Positions 1-20,599 of a stretch of 64,000 nucleotides of DNA are shown one piece after another (position 1 is the first letter of the stretch; each line of letters begins with the position of its first letter). Both the position numbers and the translations under genes were made by a program. The notes beneath the pieces were generated by a model. The model did no database searches and was not told where the DNA came from. It worked only from the letters and a program-made list of their open reading frames with translations. Source of the DNA: Bigelowiella natans CCMP2755. Taxonomy: Eukaryota > Protista > Cercozoa. Location of the stretch: positions 62,001-126,000 of the forward strand of contig ADNK01001596.1 of the NCBI GenBank assembly GCA_000320545.1, read 5' to 3'.

Positions 1-341
1 TTATCACCATTACTACCAACGTCTCTAGGAAAGAGGAGCTTTCGAATCCCAGCACCCTCAGCGGTTGATTCCATCCCCTATCAACCAAGAAAATACATTA
101 TGCGTAGCCGTAGATACAGCAACCCCTACCCAGCCACATGGTGTGCTCACACGCGTGTACCGCGCACACACTTTCTGCTGTTGCTATCGGTATCAACAGG
201 TAAGGTAGCAAAAGAAATCCTTTTGAGCAAGGAGCAGATGAAACGTCTCGACGAGCGAAGTCACGCTGCGAGGCTTGAGGTAGGTATATAATGACGATTC
301 AAGAAGAGGGTGCTAGCAAATAAACTCCTCCCCCCATAGCA

Positions 342-378
<37 letters not shown>

Positions 379-1180
379 ACACACACACTTACACACATAT
401 ACACCACATACATACGCTTCACATATTACAATCAGATTCGCAGCCGTGTGGAGGAATTGATGGAACTTGACACAACAAGCAGGGCTATATTCGGCACCAA
501 CAACACCTACACAGATTTCCAAAATTCTGCAAAGGTCTTAGTAGTTCTTATGATACAAATACGAGAGGGGACAGATAATTGTATTTTTTGTTGTTGTTGA
601 CCAAGTCGGCATGCATCTACCGGTATAACTTTTATGTCTATAATGCGTGGTTTTTCTAATAATCTGAAGGCTCTAAAAAAGATTCTGCAAAAGTACCCGG
701 CCAGTAATCGCCCGTTAGAAAGAAAGGTTCTCTCTCCACAAGCTGATGCTTTTGCAGCAAAAGGGACAACAGGCAGATCATCATCATTATCACCGCCAGT
801 CCCATCATCAGTCCCGCCATCATTGCTGCCACTGCAATCACAAAGAGATGGAGATTTGGAGGGAAGTCGGAGATGGCAAGGTGAGATACAGAGTAGACGT
901 CTACAAATGGAACAAATTGCAACAAGCCATTATATAAACAAAGTTGTATGTTTATGTTTATCTAGCTTGCCTTGGGACCATAACAGATGTGCTGAGACCA
1001 GATCAGGTTTCGATGCGTGTGCGTTTGTTTATTAACAGTATGGAGAATGGAGCCAATAAATGGAAGCAGGATGGTGATTCCCGACATATTCATTTTGTTC
1101 AGATCGCGGCCATCTGTAGTTACGAGCAAAAGGAGAAGGTGGTTGCACGTTTCGTGAACAGCAACAGCAGTACCTCTTAA
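1..1180 (+). CDS. 3' part of a multi-exon gene of unknown function (5' end outside window)
   Basis: GT-AG bounded exons at ~200-280 (KVAKEILLSKEQMKRLDERSHAARLE) and ~436-534 (IRSRVEELMELDTTSRAIFG). Last exon ~966-1180 ends ...FVNSNSSTS*. No family recognised. Confidence 0.55.
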
Positions 1181-1189
1181 TTCAGACAG

Positions 1190-1960
1190 ATCTCTAGATC
1201 TGCTTGCTAAACTTTATTCACTGAGTCTGATATGTAGCCGATTCAACTAGTATAGCTAGCTAGCAGGGACACGATGCTGACAAATCTAGATTTTTTAATT
1301 TCATGCATGTACGCTGTATGTACGCCTGTACAGTGTACATGCTAGTGCGTGTAGCTAGATAGCGCTACGCACAGAATCTCTGCTAGACATCGAATTGCAT
1401 GCGTATACGACATGGCATAATGACAAAATGGTGTAGCACTACTAGCTAGCTAGAGCAATCAACACTGAACAATCGAGCGCACCATGGCGCATCGCATCGC
1501 ACGTCTAGACGTACGTGCATTCTAGCTAGCGCTATGGCGTAGCATGTCTCGTCTCGCAGATTTTTGCGTGCACGATGCATGTGTCTAGTGGACATGCATG
1601 ACGTCTGCGTACTAGATGACGATGTTGTGAAGAAAATGCGCACACATCAGACATCTAGACACGTGCATCGCAGTGTGTCTTCAGCTAGCTGGGCATGGAG
1701 ATCAATGCCATGGCTGTGAGGGGTCATGCGTGATGATGCGTGCGCTGCGTAAGCTAGTGCGGTCGCATCGTGCAGTGCGACCAGATGATTGTGCAACTCT
1801 GGAGCTAGGTGCCGGGATGGGCCGGTGGGCCAATCATGGACACTGGGACGAGCAACACGATGCACCGGTGCACGTGCAGTGCTAGCACATCACACATCTA
1901 GACATGTTGACATCACCAGCTAGATCCATCACTGCTAGTGCACACTGGACTGGCCATCAC
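1190..1960. other. Convergent intergenic spacer rich in CTAG/CATG/TGCA and purine-pyrimidine alternation
   Basis: Dense GCTAGC, GCATGC, TCTAGA and TGCA words between the 3' ends of the partial + gene and H3. Confidence 0.7.
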
Positions 1961-2183
1961 AATTGACCGATCATTTTGGTGGAAGTGTCACAGGTTGCAT
2001 TCACTCAGGAGCCAACTGAGTGAACCCAGAATTCGGTGGGATGGCATCACATCTCGTCCCTGGAAGCAAAACAGTTTTTTGTGTGTTCACAACATCAATG
2101 TGATCAAATCAACATGCGAAAGCAGCAATCTTGATTGCGTCGATCCAGTTTTTCCTCACACGCAAGTTTCGATTTGGATTGGT

Positions 2184-2198
2184 GGTGTCGTAGACACC
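2184..2198 (-). promoter_or_regulatory. Histone mRNA 3' stem-loop-like element
   Basis: Minus strand reads AAAAGAC-GGTGTC-TAC-GACACC-ACCAA, 32 nt after the H3 stop codon. It has a 6-bp stem starting GG, an A-rich 5' flank and an ACCAA 3' flank. Confidence 0.6.
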
Positions 2199-2230
2199 GT
2201 CTTTTGAAAGTTGATGGAGCAGTCAAGTGC

Positions 2231-2644
<414 letters not shown>

Positions 2645-4225
2645 TTATGTGATAATTTTGTGTGATGAGAACCTGTCAACTTGACACCCAACGGCCCTAG
2701 CGCGGGGAGATGTATCGCAGATCATCATGTCCCATTAGCCTACCCAAAGAGTATGCAAGACAATGCATAATTTGAATTCAATGCTTGTTTTTTATTGTCG
2801 TTTGAAATAATTAGATTTAACAAATATTAATTTGATGAGGGTTGTGAGCTGAAAAGGAAAGTAAGTCAAGCGATGAATTGTTTCAGACCTTTGAGAACAA
2901 AAATCAGAATGTCATATGTCCAAAATATCATTTAGTTGACGTTATTGCATATGTCGTATTGAATAGATGTTGTGTGCATGTGCAATGATGAAGTCAAAAT
3001 GGCATTTATATTGTCTGGATACCATCGCTATCCCAAAGGCGAAATTGTGTTTCGAGAGAGCAATTTGTAAAAATATTTGTAATAATCCGCCTTTGTTTTC
3101 CGTAATTATTGAAAGCTTTAACGGTAAGCTTCCACCAAAAGGCCGAAAACGCCTTCGTTGCCAACTTTTTGAAAGGCTTCCATTTGTGGTTAGTCACAGA
3201 TGCAAAATGTAAGCATTTTCTGATTTACGATTTTTTAAATACAATTGATGTGTTTGACCACATCCTGACCCTTGCAGATGAGTTTTGCCGCAAAAAGGTG
3301 AAATTATGCCATTATTTACCGATCTTTCATCGTAGAAAAGTTATCCCTAGTGCTTTGTGATATTGACAATTTTGTTTCACAAATTTTGAATCACAAGAAA
3401 AAGATGTCATCTTCAAAGAAAGTGTATCGTAACTTTTGTGTCTAAAGTAGCTGTTCATCAACAACTTCTTTCTTGTTTCTTTCTTTTTTCTTGTGTTCTT
3501 TCTCATGCTCATTTCCATGGCATGTCCAGCAAGTCTCAATTGGCAAGTCTAGAAGTGGTTGTGACTGCAGCCAAGACAAATTCACCTGTTGACTGCACTA
3601 GTGCAGTGTTTGGAAAGATCCACAAGTGAATTTTGTCTCTGTGCCATGCTGGCAAGCAAGAAACGAGTTTGCACGATGAGAGCGACACAAACGTTCGATC
3701 TGATTTGGCGATCAGCACAGCTGACAGGCTAGCTGCAACATTGCCGGCCATGTTCCAGAGCCATGGCACTCGCATCATCAATGAACAATGAACAATGAAC
3801 AAAGCGTTGATCAAAAACTGCATGCGCCAGAACCACATGGGAGACAGGCATTTGCACGCAGCAGAGCCTCAACAACACTCGTTGCATCATCGATGCGCAT
3901 CGCCACAGCATCATCAACCTGACTGAGTCCAGAAGTCATTCCAGCATTGCTCGCGCTGCCATCTCTGCGATTCGCCGAGCACCTGATGCGAACGTGCATG
4001 TGGACTGGCAAAGACATCGGCGACGATTCCAATTCAGTGTTGTGCACATTCAACACATGAGATTTGCTAGCTTGAGCTAGCTGCAACAAATGGTCCTCAT
4101 TAGCGGATGGTCATTAGCGTATGATCATCGCACAAAACTGCAATCATTGACCCCACGTGCACATCTGTAACATCACATTCATTCATTTCTGGTATTTTGT
4201 TGGACAGGATACATGCACTTCACAG

Positions 4226-6514
4226 TTATTCAGTTTTTCCACCCAAGCCTTGTGTTTGTGGTGGAGAAGAGGCACTGGCTTGTGCGCTTTGGCTTTCAAC
4301 TGGTGTCCCAGGTTCCAATTTTGGCACACGTTGTATCTGCGAATTTTCGTTGACATCGGTCGACGAAATGGCGTCAACTTTCCTTTTTATGGAAGAAGGT
4401 TCGTTGCTGTTCGTCGGTGACGTTTTGACCGAAATAGTTGAGGAAGAGGCACTGGCTTGTGCGCTTTGGCTTTCAACTGGTGTCCCAGGTTCCAATTTTG
4501 GCACACGTTGTATCTGCGAATTTTCTTTGACATCGGTCGACGAAATGGCGTCAACTTTCCTTTTTCTAGAAGAAGCTTCGTTGCTGTTCGTCGGTGACGT
4601 TTTGACCGAAATAGTTGAGGAAGAGGCACTGGCTTGTGCGCTTTGGCTTTCAGCTGGTGTCCCAGGTTCCAATTTTGGCAAACGTTGTATCTGCGAATTT
4701 TCGTTGGCATCGGTTGTCGAAATGGCGCTAACTTTCCTTTTTCTGGAAGAAGCTTCGTTGCTGTTTGTCGGTGATTTTTTGACCGAAATAGTTGCCGTCT
4801 CTTTTCCATCGGAAATTTTCTCCCCTTCTGAGGGTTTATCCGGGTTTGTCGGTGGCATAGTAACTGATTTGTCATTTCCCTCATTTATCTTAGTATGTTT
4901 TTCCGAAGGAACTGAGGATTCAGATTGAGGATGGCCGTTTCTGCCACTAGATCGGTGATTTGAATGACCTTTGTTGAGATGATGAACAGGCTTCGAAGTA
5001 TTCTTACGTCGACGAGGATCGCATTCATCATGTAATTTCCTCTTGTAAGCGTTCTTTTCGCTCCGTGACATCTTTTTGTACCTTTCTATCTCTTCTGCAC
5101 TTCTTTGAGACCACCTAAGCGACCAATTCTTTTCATGCTGCTCCTTAAGAGATTGCTCCTTTTTCAGGTGTTCCCGATTCTCTTTTTTCTCATTCCATTT
5201 TTTCTGGAGGAAACGATTTTTCTCCGCCTGGGACATCGTTTTCATCTTCTCTTTCTCTTCTCGTGTGAGGGGAATTCCATCTTTGCCCATTACTAGATTT
5301 AGATAAAGTGTGTAAATTGTACGGATACATCAACGAATATGTTTTAGGGATTATAATGTTATCTGACTTTTTTTCTCTGGGTTTTCATAGATCTTGAGCA
5401 TCTCGCTTCCGGCGCCTTTTCGTAGGATGTTGCCGATTACTCCGGTTTTGCAGTGGGCAATTGAAAACATTAATGTAAGTACTACCTTCTAAGTGTGCCA
5501 AAGTGACTCCGTAATTCTGTGTGACATGAATAACATATTATCAAAAGCACGATCAATGGATGAATCTATAGTTTCAGTCGAAAACATTGTTTCAATCTAA
5601 TGAAAATGGAGTGCATGTTAATAATCTTTGACATAAGTTATTTTTAAGGGATTTATGCTACCGTGAACCATGGCGTCTCTGTCTCGAATCTCTTATCGAA
5701 ATTGAATCTTTGATGCTTGAATGCTAGATACAAGGCTGCCAATGCAATTGTTTGTGATGGGTGGGTTAAACAGAGCTTTGATTTGATGCTGTCGTTGATG
5801 AAGTTCGAAGCCCACACCCCGATGTTCCTGAGGGTCTTGTCGGTCTTGATCTGGTCACCAAACATCTTTAGCATAACATTCTTCAATATTTTATGAGGTC
5901 TTTTCACAGTGAAATCAAATTCCAGTGCTTCCATAAGTCGTTTCTCCGTCGATATTATCTTTGCCCTAAAATCCAGGAATTCCTAACCAAAATATCAGCC
6001 TGGGTTGATTGGCAATACCTTTCCCCGCACAAGTAGACACATTAATATCACACAGTACCGGTGAATTAGTTCTAGGCCGTCGCCGTCCCTTCCACAGAAT
6101 GTAGTTGAAGAAGTCGAGAAGTCTATCTAGTTTCATTTTAGTTCCTTCTATCTTGTTTGCAAAGAACAAGCATGTGCATGCTACGACCTAATACGAAAAA
6201 GTAAGAGTAAAGAAAGATACGAGCCTTTGCAGTGCGGAAAAATGATAACATATAATTCAACAACCCGATTATCGAATTCCTTGTAAGAATATCTGGTGTA
6301 GAATCTTTGATAGTAGACTCCTCCAGCGTAAACCGAGTGTGCAGATCTATTAAATCAATGTATGTTGGTAGGAAAATAAGGATTTCAAGCCCTTGAGAAT
6401 AACTGCAATAAATTCTTATTTGACAATTAAAAAATTATTGCTCCTAAGTAACAGACCCGCGAAGATCCTTATCATTCACCAATGAAAAGGGTGTGGATGC
6501 AATTAAAAAACGTA

Positions 6515-6554
<40 letters not shown>

Positions 6555-6558
6555 GCGG

Positions 6559-6595
<37 letters not shown>

Positions 6596-6900
6596 CGTGT
6601 GCCTACTCTCAAAAGTCATATTTTTTTCGTAACGATAAAATATTACATATTGGTTGCATAGGTTTTCTTTCCAGATGTGGATTTCTTCTGCATCTCAACC
6701 ATCCGTGCGTTGATTTCATTCCCGGTAGCAGAGATCCATTCCACACCCTGTCTTCTATATGCTTCTTCCTGGCTAGGTGTTATTCCGTCTCGGCGGGATG
6801 GAGAGTCACTAAGCTCGCTCTTTGTCATCAGCCATTTTCTCTGGTCACTCGTACATCGTTCCCTTGGAGAAGACCTCTTCAGGGGTCCGTTCGGATTCAT
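4226..6900 (-). CDS. Transcriptional cyclin (cyclin T/K/L family) with long repetitive C-terminal tail
   Basis: Spliced exons give WLMTKSELSDSPSRRDGITPSQEEAYRRQG, YYQRFYTRYSYKEF, ACTCLFFANKIEG, EKRLMEALEFDFTVKRPH and NDSIKSKLCLTHPSQTIALAALYLA (two cyclin boxes). Last exon is 4226-~5290; its link through 5300-5650 is not fully resolved. Confidence 0.85.
4266..4796 (-). repeat. Coding tandem repeat, 3 x 177 bp (59 aa)
   Basis: GAAGAGGCACTGGCTTGTGCG recurs at 4266, 4443 and 4620. Unit is TISVKxSPTNSNEASSRKRKVxAISxTDxxENSQIQRxPKLEPGTPxESQSAQASASSS. Confidence 0.95.
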
Positions 6901-7435
6901 TATTTGCGGTTCTGAAGACAAGAAGTCCAAGAGCTAACGCCCAAGCGCACGCGCTCCTCAAACCGCGTTGATGAAAACCAACTTTATTCGTATGAACACC
7001 TTCTTAAAGCACTCGCGTTCAAGGGGAGAATGGCCCGTGCATGCATCTACTGCGGGTCCAACCTTATTAAGAGGGGCGCAACAAGGGATTCTGCTCCAAC
7101 CTGAGAGAAACTGGACATAGAGACAACTTACTCTTCATGACGCAATAGTATACTTCCTGTCATTCGTTCTTTGCGACTTGAAGTATGGGGAGGCATCTCA
7201 GAGAAGCTCTGACGCGTCTCTGAGAAATCTCCCCGCCAAGCTCTTTCCTTTGGCCGACTTTGGAGCATTCAGCAAAAGGAAGGACAGGCGTCTCGTCAGC
7301 GGATATCATTACCCACCTGCCTCCTCGCCGCCTCTTGTTGTTCCATGCAGGTACTTGATCTCCTACTCTAGCCTTTTTTCAGAAGGGAGAGTGAGCATCG
7401 CTGCTAAAATACTCGCATTTCCATTCTAGTGAAAG

Positions 7436-14616
<7,181 letters not shown>

Positions 14617-14819
14617 ATGTGTAAGCGGAAATAACTGATGCATAGCATGTCTTACAAGATTTTTGCGCGATGTAGAATAGGAAAACCAGAATGTTTCATG
14701 TATTGTAGTTGGTGTGGTGATCTGGACCTTGCCTGCCCGCATAGACTTCTTATTATTAGACCACAAGGGATGATATCTGTTTATAAAGAAATAAATCTTG
14801 TCATTCGTGCAGAAATGCA

Positions 14820-15720
14820 ATGAGGGTTCATGCATTCCATCGCACTAGCTTGCGCGTGCCATGCTAGTGCGTCGTGCTGCACATGTATTTTAATGTTGTT
14901 GTTTTCTCATTCGTTTGCCAGTGTTTTTAGTTTACTAGCTTCCTGTTGTGCGCAGGGACTAGCTTGCGTGCCGCTTATTGTGCGAAGGGGCTGTCTCTCT
15001 CGAGATGATCAATCCTCTCTAGCGCTCATCAAACGTTCATGCTCGTAGGTTTGCTACCTTGGGCTCTAGATGCACTGTCGTAGCCAGCATGTCGCGCTGA
15101 TGTACGTGCATGTGTATTAGTGTGTGCGTGTGCGTGTGTGTGTGTGCGTGTGTGTGTGCGTGTGTGTGTGCGCGCGCGCGCATGTGTGTGCATGTGAGTG
15201 CGTGCTGCAGGCAAATTAAGTCGTACAGCTGTTTGCGATGATTGTGCGATTATTGACATTATGCACCCCACTCGTCAGTGTGGATGACACAATGAGCACT
15301 TGGCTAGCTAGCGCAAAGTTGCGCCCAAAAGCGACGTGTGCATGGCACTCTGCACGTTGTCACTACGTGCACGTACGTTGGAAAAAAACTGCGTGTGTTT
15401 TCATTTCGAAATCATGCCAGCATGCCCACGCTGGCGGGTCACGTAGTTTGCTTATTTCCGAAGTGCGACAAGCTGGACAACGACGAGGCGGCGGCGTCGT
15501 CATTCAATGATGACATGTGCATGCATGTGTCAGCCTGGTGGACAAACAGCAATATGATGTCTTCGATCGGCGACGCTGCAGAGGCAAGAAGCATTGGCTC
15601 TGCATGCCATGACGACGAGAGAGCAAAAATAAGGCACAGCAGCTCATTAGCACATTCTTCATCAATGGGTGGTGTCGAAAGTTGACATGCGATTGAATGT
15701 CGTTGCATGCGATTGAATGT
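14820..15720. other. Convergent CTAG/CATG-rich spacer
   Basis: GCATGC, ACTAGC and GCTAGCTAGC words plus a (TG/CG)n tract. A ~20-bp tandem duplication CATGCGATTGAATGTCGTT lies at ~15686-15724. Confidence 0.65.
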
Positions 15721-15725
15721 CGTTT

Positions 15726-16106
15726 TCAAATGAAAGCTGTGGCATCATTTTTCTTGAGGTCATTCCGCCTGCGTCCGCCCCTCCTACCTCTCATTCTACT
15801 ACTTCGTTGCCCCCAGAATTTTCCACGGAATCCTCTTCGAGAATTCCTATTTTTATTGCTACTCCCATTACTACTTTTCCCTTCTTGATGCAGAGTCTTT
15901 GTTATCTCCGGCAAGCGGAAAAACTCAACAGCATTCTGCGTTGTTTCTGCCGCCAATTTCTCCACTGAGATGTCGTAGCACTCAGCCAAGGTTTGAGCTG
16001 TGATCCCGAGCGTGCATGGTTCGTTCCTACTCCTCTTGTACACCTTACCTAGGAGTTTAGATCATTGAATTTATTTATGATATATTTCTCCTAATATTTT
16101 CTTCCA

Positions 16107-16150
<44 letters not shown>

Positions 16151-16946
16151 GAGGCATCGTGTTGCGGTTGTTTCTCAACATTTCAATCGCTGTTTTGAAC
16201 ATCGGAAGACTACTACATTGTGGATGATCCGGACACATGTACGGAGAGTCGGTTTCAATCATGAGCTGAGGGAGGGGCAACGCCTAAAATTTAGGTCGTG
16301 TGATTCGATAAAATCCTGAGAACATCGATAGATGAAATAACCTTTCTTCTGACAGCTTCCCTTAGCCTTTCGCCTCTGGATTTCATCGCAATAAACCTGC
16401 AAGATGTTCATCACAGAAAAAAATACCAGGAACATTCAGAATAAGTAAAAGGACAGCTCACAATTATCAGCTTGAAAGAGCATGTAGGTCGTACCCAGTG
16501 ATGCCGATGTAGTAGCCTCTTGATACGTAGTATCTGAGCTCCTCCTCTGAGCCAGTAAAGCAGTGCACGCATATCTTAAGAGACTGTTTTTTTTTCCCCT
16601 CCTCTCCATCATCAAATTCCTCCAGGATTTTAACAAGGTCGTCATGGGCCTCTCTCTCATGAATGAACCTTTGGAAGAGCACACATGCCTCAGTCAGCAG
16701 CGTAGGTGTTGCCTACTATTCTCTGCTCGGTACGCACATGGGTTTTCCCGTGTCGAGAGCTAGCGCGACATGGGCTCGGAAGCAGCGTTGTTGCTCCTCT
16801 TTCGTAGACCTCATTCGGTTGTAGTCAAGGCTGAGAATGATAACATGAAACAGCATGGGAGCAACCAATTACATGTTCGGCCGAGTACATATAGCCCTCT
16901 CTTTCTCCCTCTATACACACACGCACACACACACACGCACACACAC

Positions 16947-16996
<50 letters not shown>

Positions 16997-17744
16997 CGTG
17001 TGTGTGTGTGTGTGTGCGTGTGCGCGCGAGAGTATATGCGAGCTTCCTCCCTCCCTTTAATGTTGCTTGCTCATTTTTTGGCCTGTCTCACCCAGTTTCA
17101 CCGATGCTGCAGGCAGACTCCGATGACAACAGCCTCCTCAGATCTCTCAAAGAATCTTTCCCAAAGCTCTTTGCATGGTGGGGGTGAATGCCTACAGTGG
17201 CACGTAGGAGCGCTGGGTACTTCTCAGCAATAGCAATTGCCGACCTGGAAATTGCCACGCTTGTTCCAGTGGCCTGTGTGCGCAATAGAGGAGTCAAATA
17301 GAAGCTGATCTACATTTCCAAGCGTTCATGGTTTGAGGGCCAACAGCAACGCTATGGGAGGGGAAGAGAGTTGCTACATCGGCTTACCAGCATGAAGCCC
17401 ACGTTTGCTTCAATGGCCCTCTCAAACATCTCTTCCAATCTTGCAATTTCAGAGATATTGGCTAGGTTGGGCTTTCCTAGGTTGATACCGATGTCTACCA
17501 GCGGAGTTCCAGGCGAGATGAATGGCACTATTTTCTTCTTTTTCTTCTTCTTCTTCTTCTTCATCTTACTCTTGCTTTCACCCTCCTCATTCCCGAGTGC
17601 CACTTTTGATGGCGGAGATGCTGCAGAGAACGCTATGGAGGATATCGTATATCTACTCGAAGGCGCTGTCCTTGCAACTTCCTTTCGTGTCTCTACGTCT
17701 AGTAGTGCGCGATTACACACACACACACACACACAAACACACAA

Positions 17745-17802
<58 letters not shown>

Positions 17803-17977
17803 AAAGAGGTTGCCCTCCCTCATCCTTATATTCGTTGTTCTGGCTTACATATGTGAGAGGATTTTTCTGGGTATACATGCGTAAATCCAGGGACTAGTCC
17901 TGGAAGATTATCGGCTACATAGCGAGCTGCAACGCTCCTGTCACAAACATCACAAATGTCACAAATATATTTATATA

Positions 17978-18023
<46 letters not shown>

Positions 18024-18340
18024 TTGCAGACTTTTTCTACCGGTGGCATCGTTTATGGCTGCCGCATCCACAGAGAAGAAAGACTGGAAAAAAAGAAGTA
18101 AAGGCTATGAGGCTCAGTGGCTTTTCAGTATAATAGACAATGATACCATTGCGTTTTTGTTTCCGAAGTAAGTCGTCAAAGGTAGTCAAGCTCTCGGAGG
18201 GACTGAACGTTTGAAAAAGTGATGCAATACCGCCTCAGGCACCCCAAGGAGTGCATTAGCGGATAGATACCTTTTTAGTTGAATTTTCGACCCTCTTCCA
18301 CCATAATTTACGTTGCCTGGCATTGTGTCACAGCCCTTCT

Positions 18341-18376
<36 letters not shown>

Positions 18377-18863
18377 CAGATACGGAGAAAGCAGCCCAAA
18401 AGATGCTGAACGTGTGAATGTATTACCCAGACACTCCAAATGCATGTAAGACTTGCGGCCTAAACGTTGGCCAAATAAACGCTTTGAAGATAGAACCTTC
18501 AAAAGAAAAAAACTCACCGATATACTCTTCCAGTTGGTCCTTACACCAGTGTTTTGTCCTGCTGTATGGCTTCAGACGAGTGTCGATTAGCATCGCACTG
18601 TCATGCTGTACCTGAGGAGAAAGTTGGCCACTGAGAGGACTAGCGCATACTAAGCTCAGATTTTGAGCGCACCAGAAGTTGCTTGATTTCTTCGGGATTC
18701 CATTGCGCGTAACCTGTGCAGTTTACGTTAAATTTGGAGATTCGCCCGAAAAGAGGACAGGATTTTTACCAATAGTGTACAGCCCCCCTCGTCTCTCAGT
18801 GCTAGAGCTACTGCAGTTGCTGCTTGTCGTTTTGATATCGCTGTCGTTGCTGTGGGCGTCCAT
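15726..18863 (-). CDS. DUF488-like domain fused to TatD family nuclease
   Basis: N-terminal small exons splice to GLYTIGY...LIDTRLKPYSR...YMHLECLGNVNY...VFLLCGCGSHKRCHRSVAA (DUF488 motifs). Downstream exons give DIGINL, VGIHPHHA, IGETGLDY, FIHEREAHDD, VHCFTG, IETDSPY and RNEP (TatD). Confidence 0.85.
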
Positions 18864-19152
18864 TAGATAGAGAATAGACCACGTAGGAGGTAGGTCTACA
18901 CGACTTGTAGCGATTTAAGGGGTCGGGGTCAAAGACCTGGTCTTCGGAGTTAAGAGCTGGGCAGCGTGCCTTTGGATCATTTCCGTGTTATTTTACCTAA
19001 ATGAAATGGTTCCTACCAGGATGGTGGTGGAGATATGACCTAGTCTTCGGAGTCGAGAAGACAGGTCTGGGATTGTTCAGGAGAGAGCTGCTTTTCCGTG
19101 AACTTTCCAGAAACTTTTGTTCGGGTCTTCCTGGAATAAATGTGACTATCAA

Positions 19153-20391
19153 ATGGTGAAAAATATGAACCAGGAATATCTACTAACACCTCACCCTACT
19201 GAACAACAACACAGCCAACAACCTGCTGCAGGTGTAGTTCGCAGGATCGTAATACCAGCGAGTGACTGCTGGTATATTTATTCAAGAAATGGCCTGTATT
19301 TTTGGAAGCAATAGCATGTACAGGGCTGGAAATTCCAAAGAACGCCCTGCGCTTCTCTGACTACCTCCAAAATCGGGCCGAATACGGTGAAGATGGATCC
19401 GAGCACCGCATCGAATTGCGTGATTTGCTGTGCCCAATCATCCGATCCAGAGTACCACGTGCACTGTCGGTGTTGCCGACATATTCCTCGCCGCTATTTC
19501 TGGCACGAATTGGCTTCCGGATGCTGTTTCAGAAGGCGAATCCCCTCTCTTGGCTCTGTTCCACCTAGCCTGCAGCAACAAGTGAATGGGGTGATCGTGC
19601 CTCTTCCAACAACAAGCAGAATTCAACAGCATCCTGGCCAGCGCTGCTAGTCTTCCCCCGTCGCAATGATCATTCGAATCCCTAGCGGCCATGACCTGTT
19701 GCGTTCCTCGAGCACGTCCGAATCACCGATGATCGGGCGCACCGATACTCCCACATCATTCATCGATGGGGGAATACCTAATGTAAACCCCTTCTTCAGC
19801 GGGCGAGACATTCATCCTAGGTTTCGAAGGTACAGTAAGAACTATGAAGTTCCCGAATTACTGGATGGATGGAACCCGTCATTTGCTTCCCTATGTGATG
19901 CCGGGGAGTCCCATTCAACAACGGCGATGATGGAGCAGGAGGACAACAAGGACTTCGACATGGACGCAATATCACCGACATTGGATAGCATACGCCAAGC
20001 TTCAAACAACTCAGAAAAACTGGCAACAAAGAATGTGAACATGAAGCTGGAGGAACAGGATCTAAATAATGAACAGGAATGGATGCACGGAGAGAATGAA
20101 AACGGGCTGGTAATAAATGAAGCTAAAAGGCAGAAAAGAAGAACTTACCGGATTGCTGCATGTGGGCATGAAAATAATATTGGTCGGAAAACCTGCTGGT
20201 ATCCTGGCTGTGGAGCGAAAATTAAGCCTAGCATGACAATGGCAGCAATGGCGAAACGAGAATGGAGACGTCGCAAAAAGATGAAAGACAGGGGCTTCTT
20301 CACGGGTTCAAAAATGTCAAAAAACAAGAACTATACAAGGGATGAAGCAGAGTTGCTTGCTCATTGCAAAAGAGTATATCGTTTACTTTAA
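19153..20391 (+). CDS. Hypothetical protein with C-terminal Cys/His cluster and basic tail
   Basis: 241-aa final ORF 19666-20391 contains CGHENNIGRKTCWYPGCG. Upstream exons at ~19153-19231 and ~19324-19460 are likely but not fully resolved. Confidence 0.55.
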
Positions 20392-20490
20392 GATGAACAG
20401 AAAATAATCTGTAATGTACAAACAATAGAATTTCTTTTTAGTGTAGTAACTAATGAAGGGATCGTCGTCTTTGTGGCTCGATCAAGCAGA

Positions 20491-20529
<39 letters not shown>

Positions 20530-20599
20530 ATGATTCAAATCGCTTATTTTATGTACAGAACTATTTTATAAATTAATTTATGATATTAGGGAAACGAAT

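Noticed and set aside
3500-4150. Possible ankyrin-repeat pseudogene (VVEALLRANA)
   Set aside because: Single weak motif without repeat periodicity. Treated as a decayed spacer.
4266-4796. Repeat array as CRISPR or nucleosome-positioning satellite
   Set aside because: No unique spacers. The unit is a multiple of 3 and lies inside an ORF.
4197-4928. 243-aa hydrophobic repetitive + strand ORF
   Set aside because: Antisense reading of the 177-bp coding repeat in the cyclin tail.
19640-19670. Stop-codon readthrough linking ORF 19387-19650 to ORF 19666-20391
   Set aside because: The upstream exon structure is unresolved and introns could account for it. Other genes here use TAG as a normal stop.
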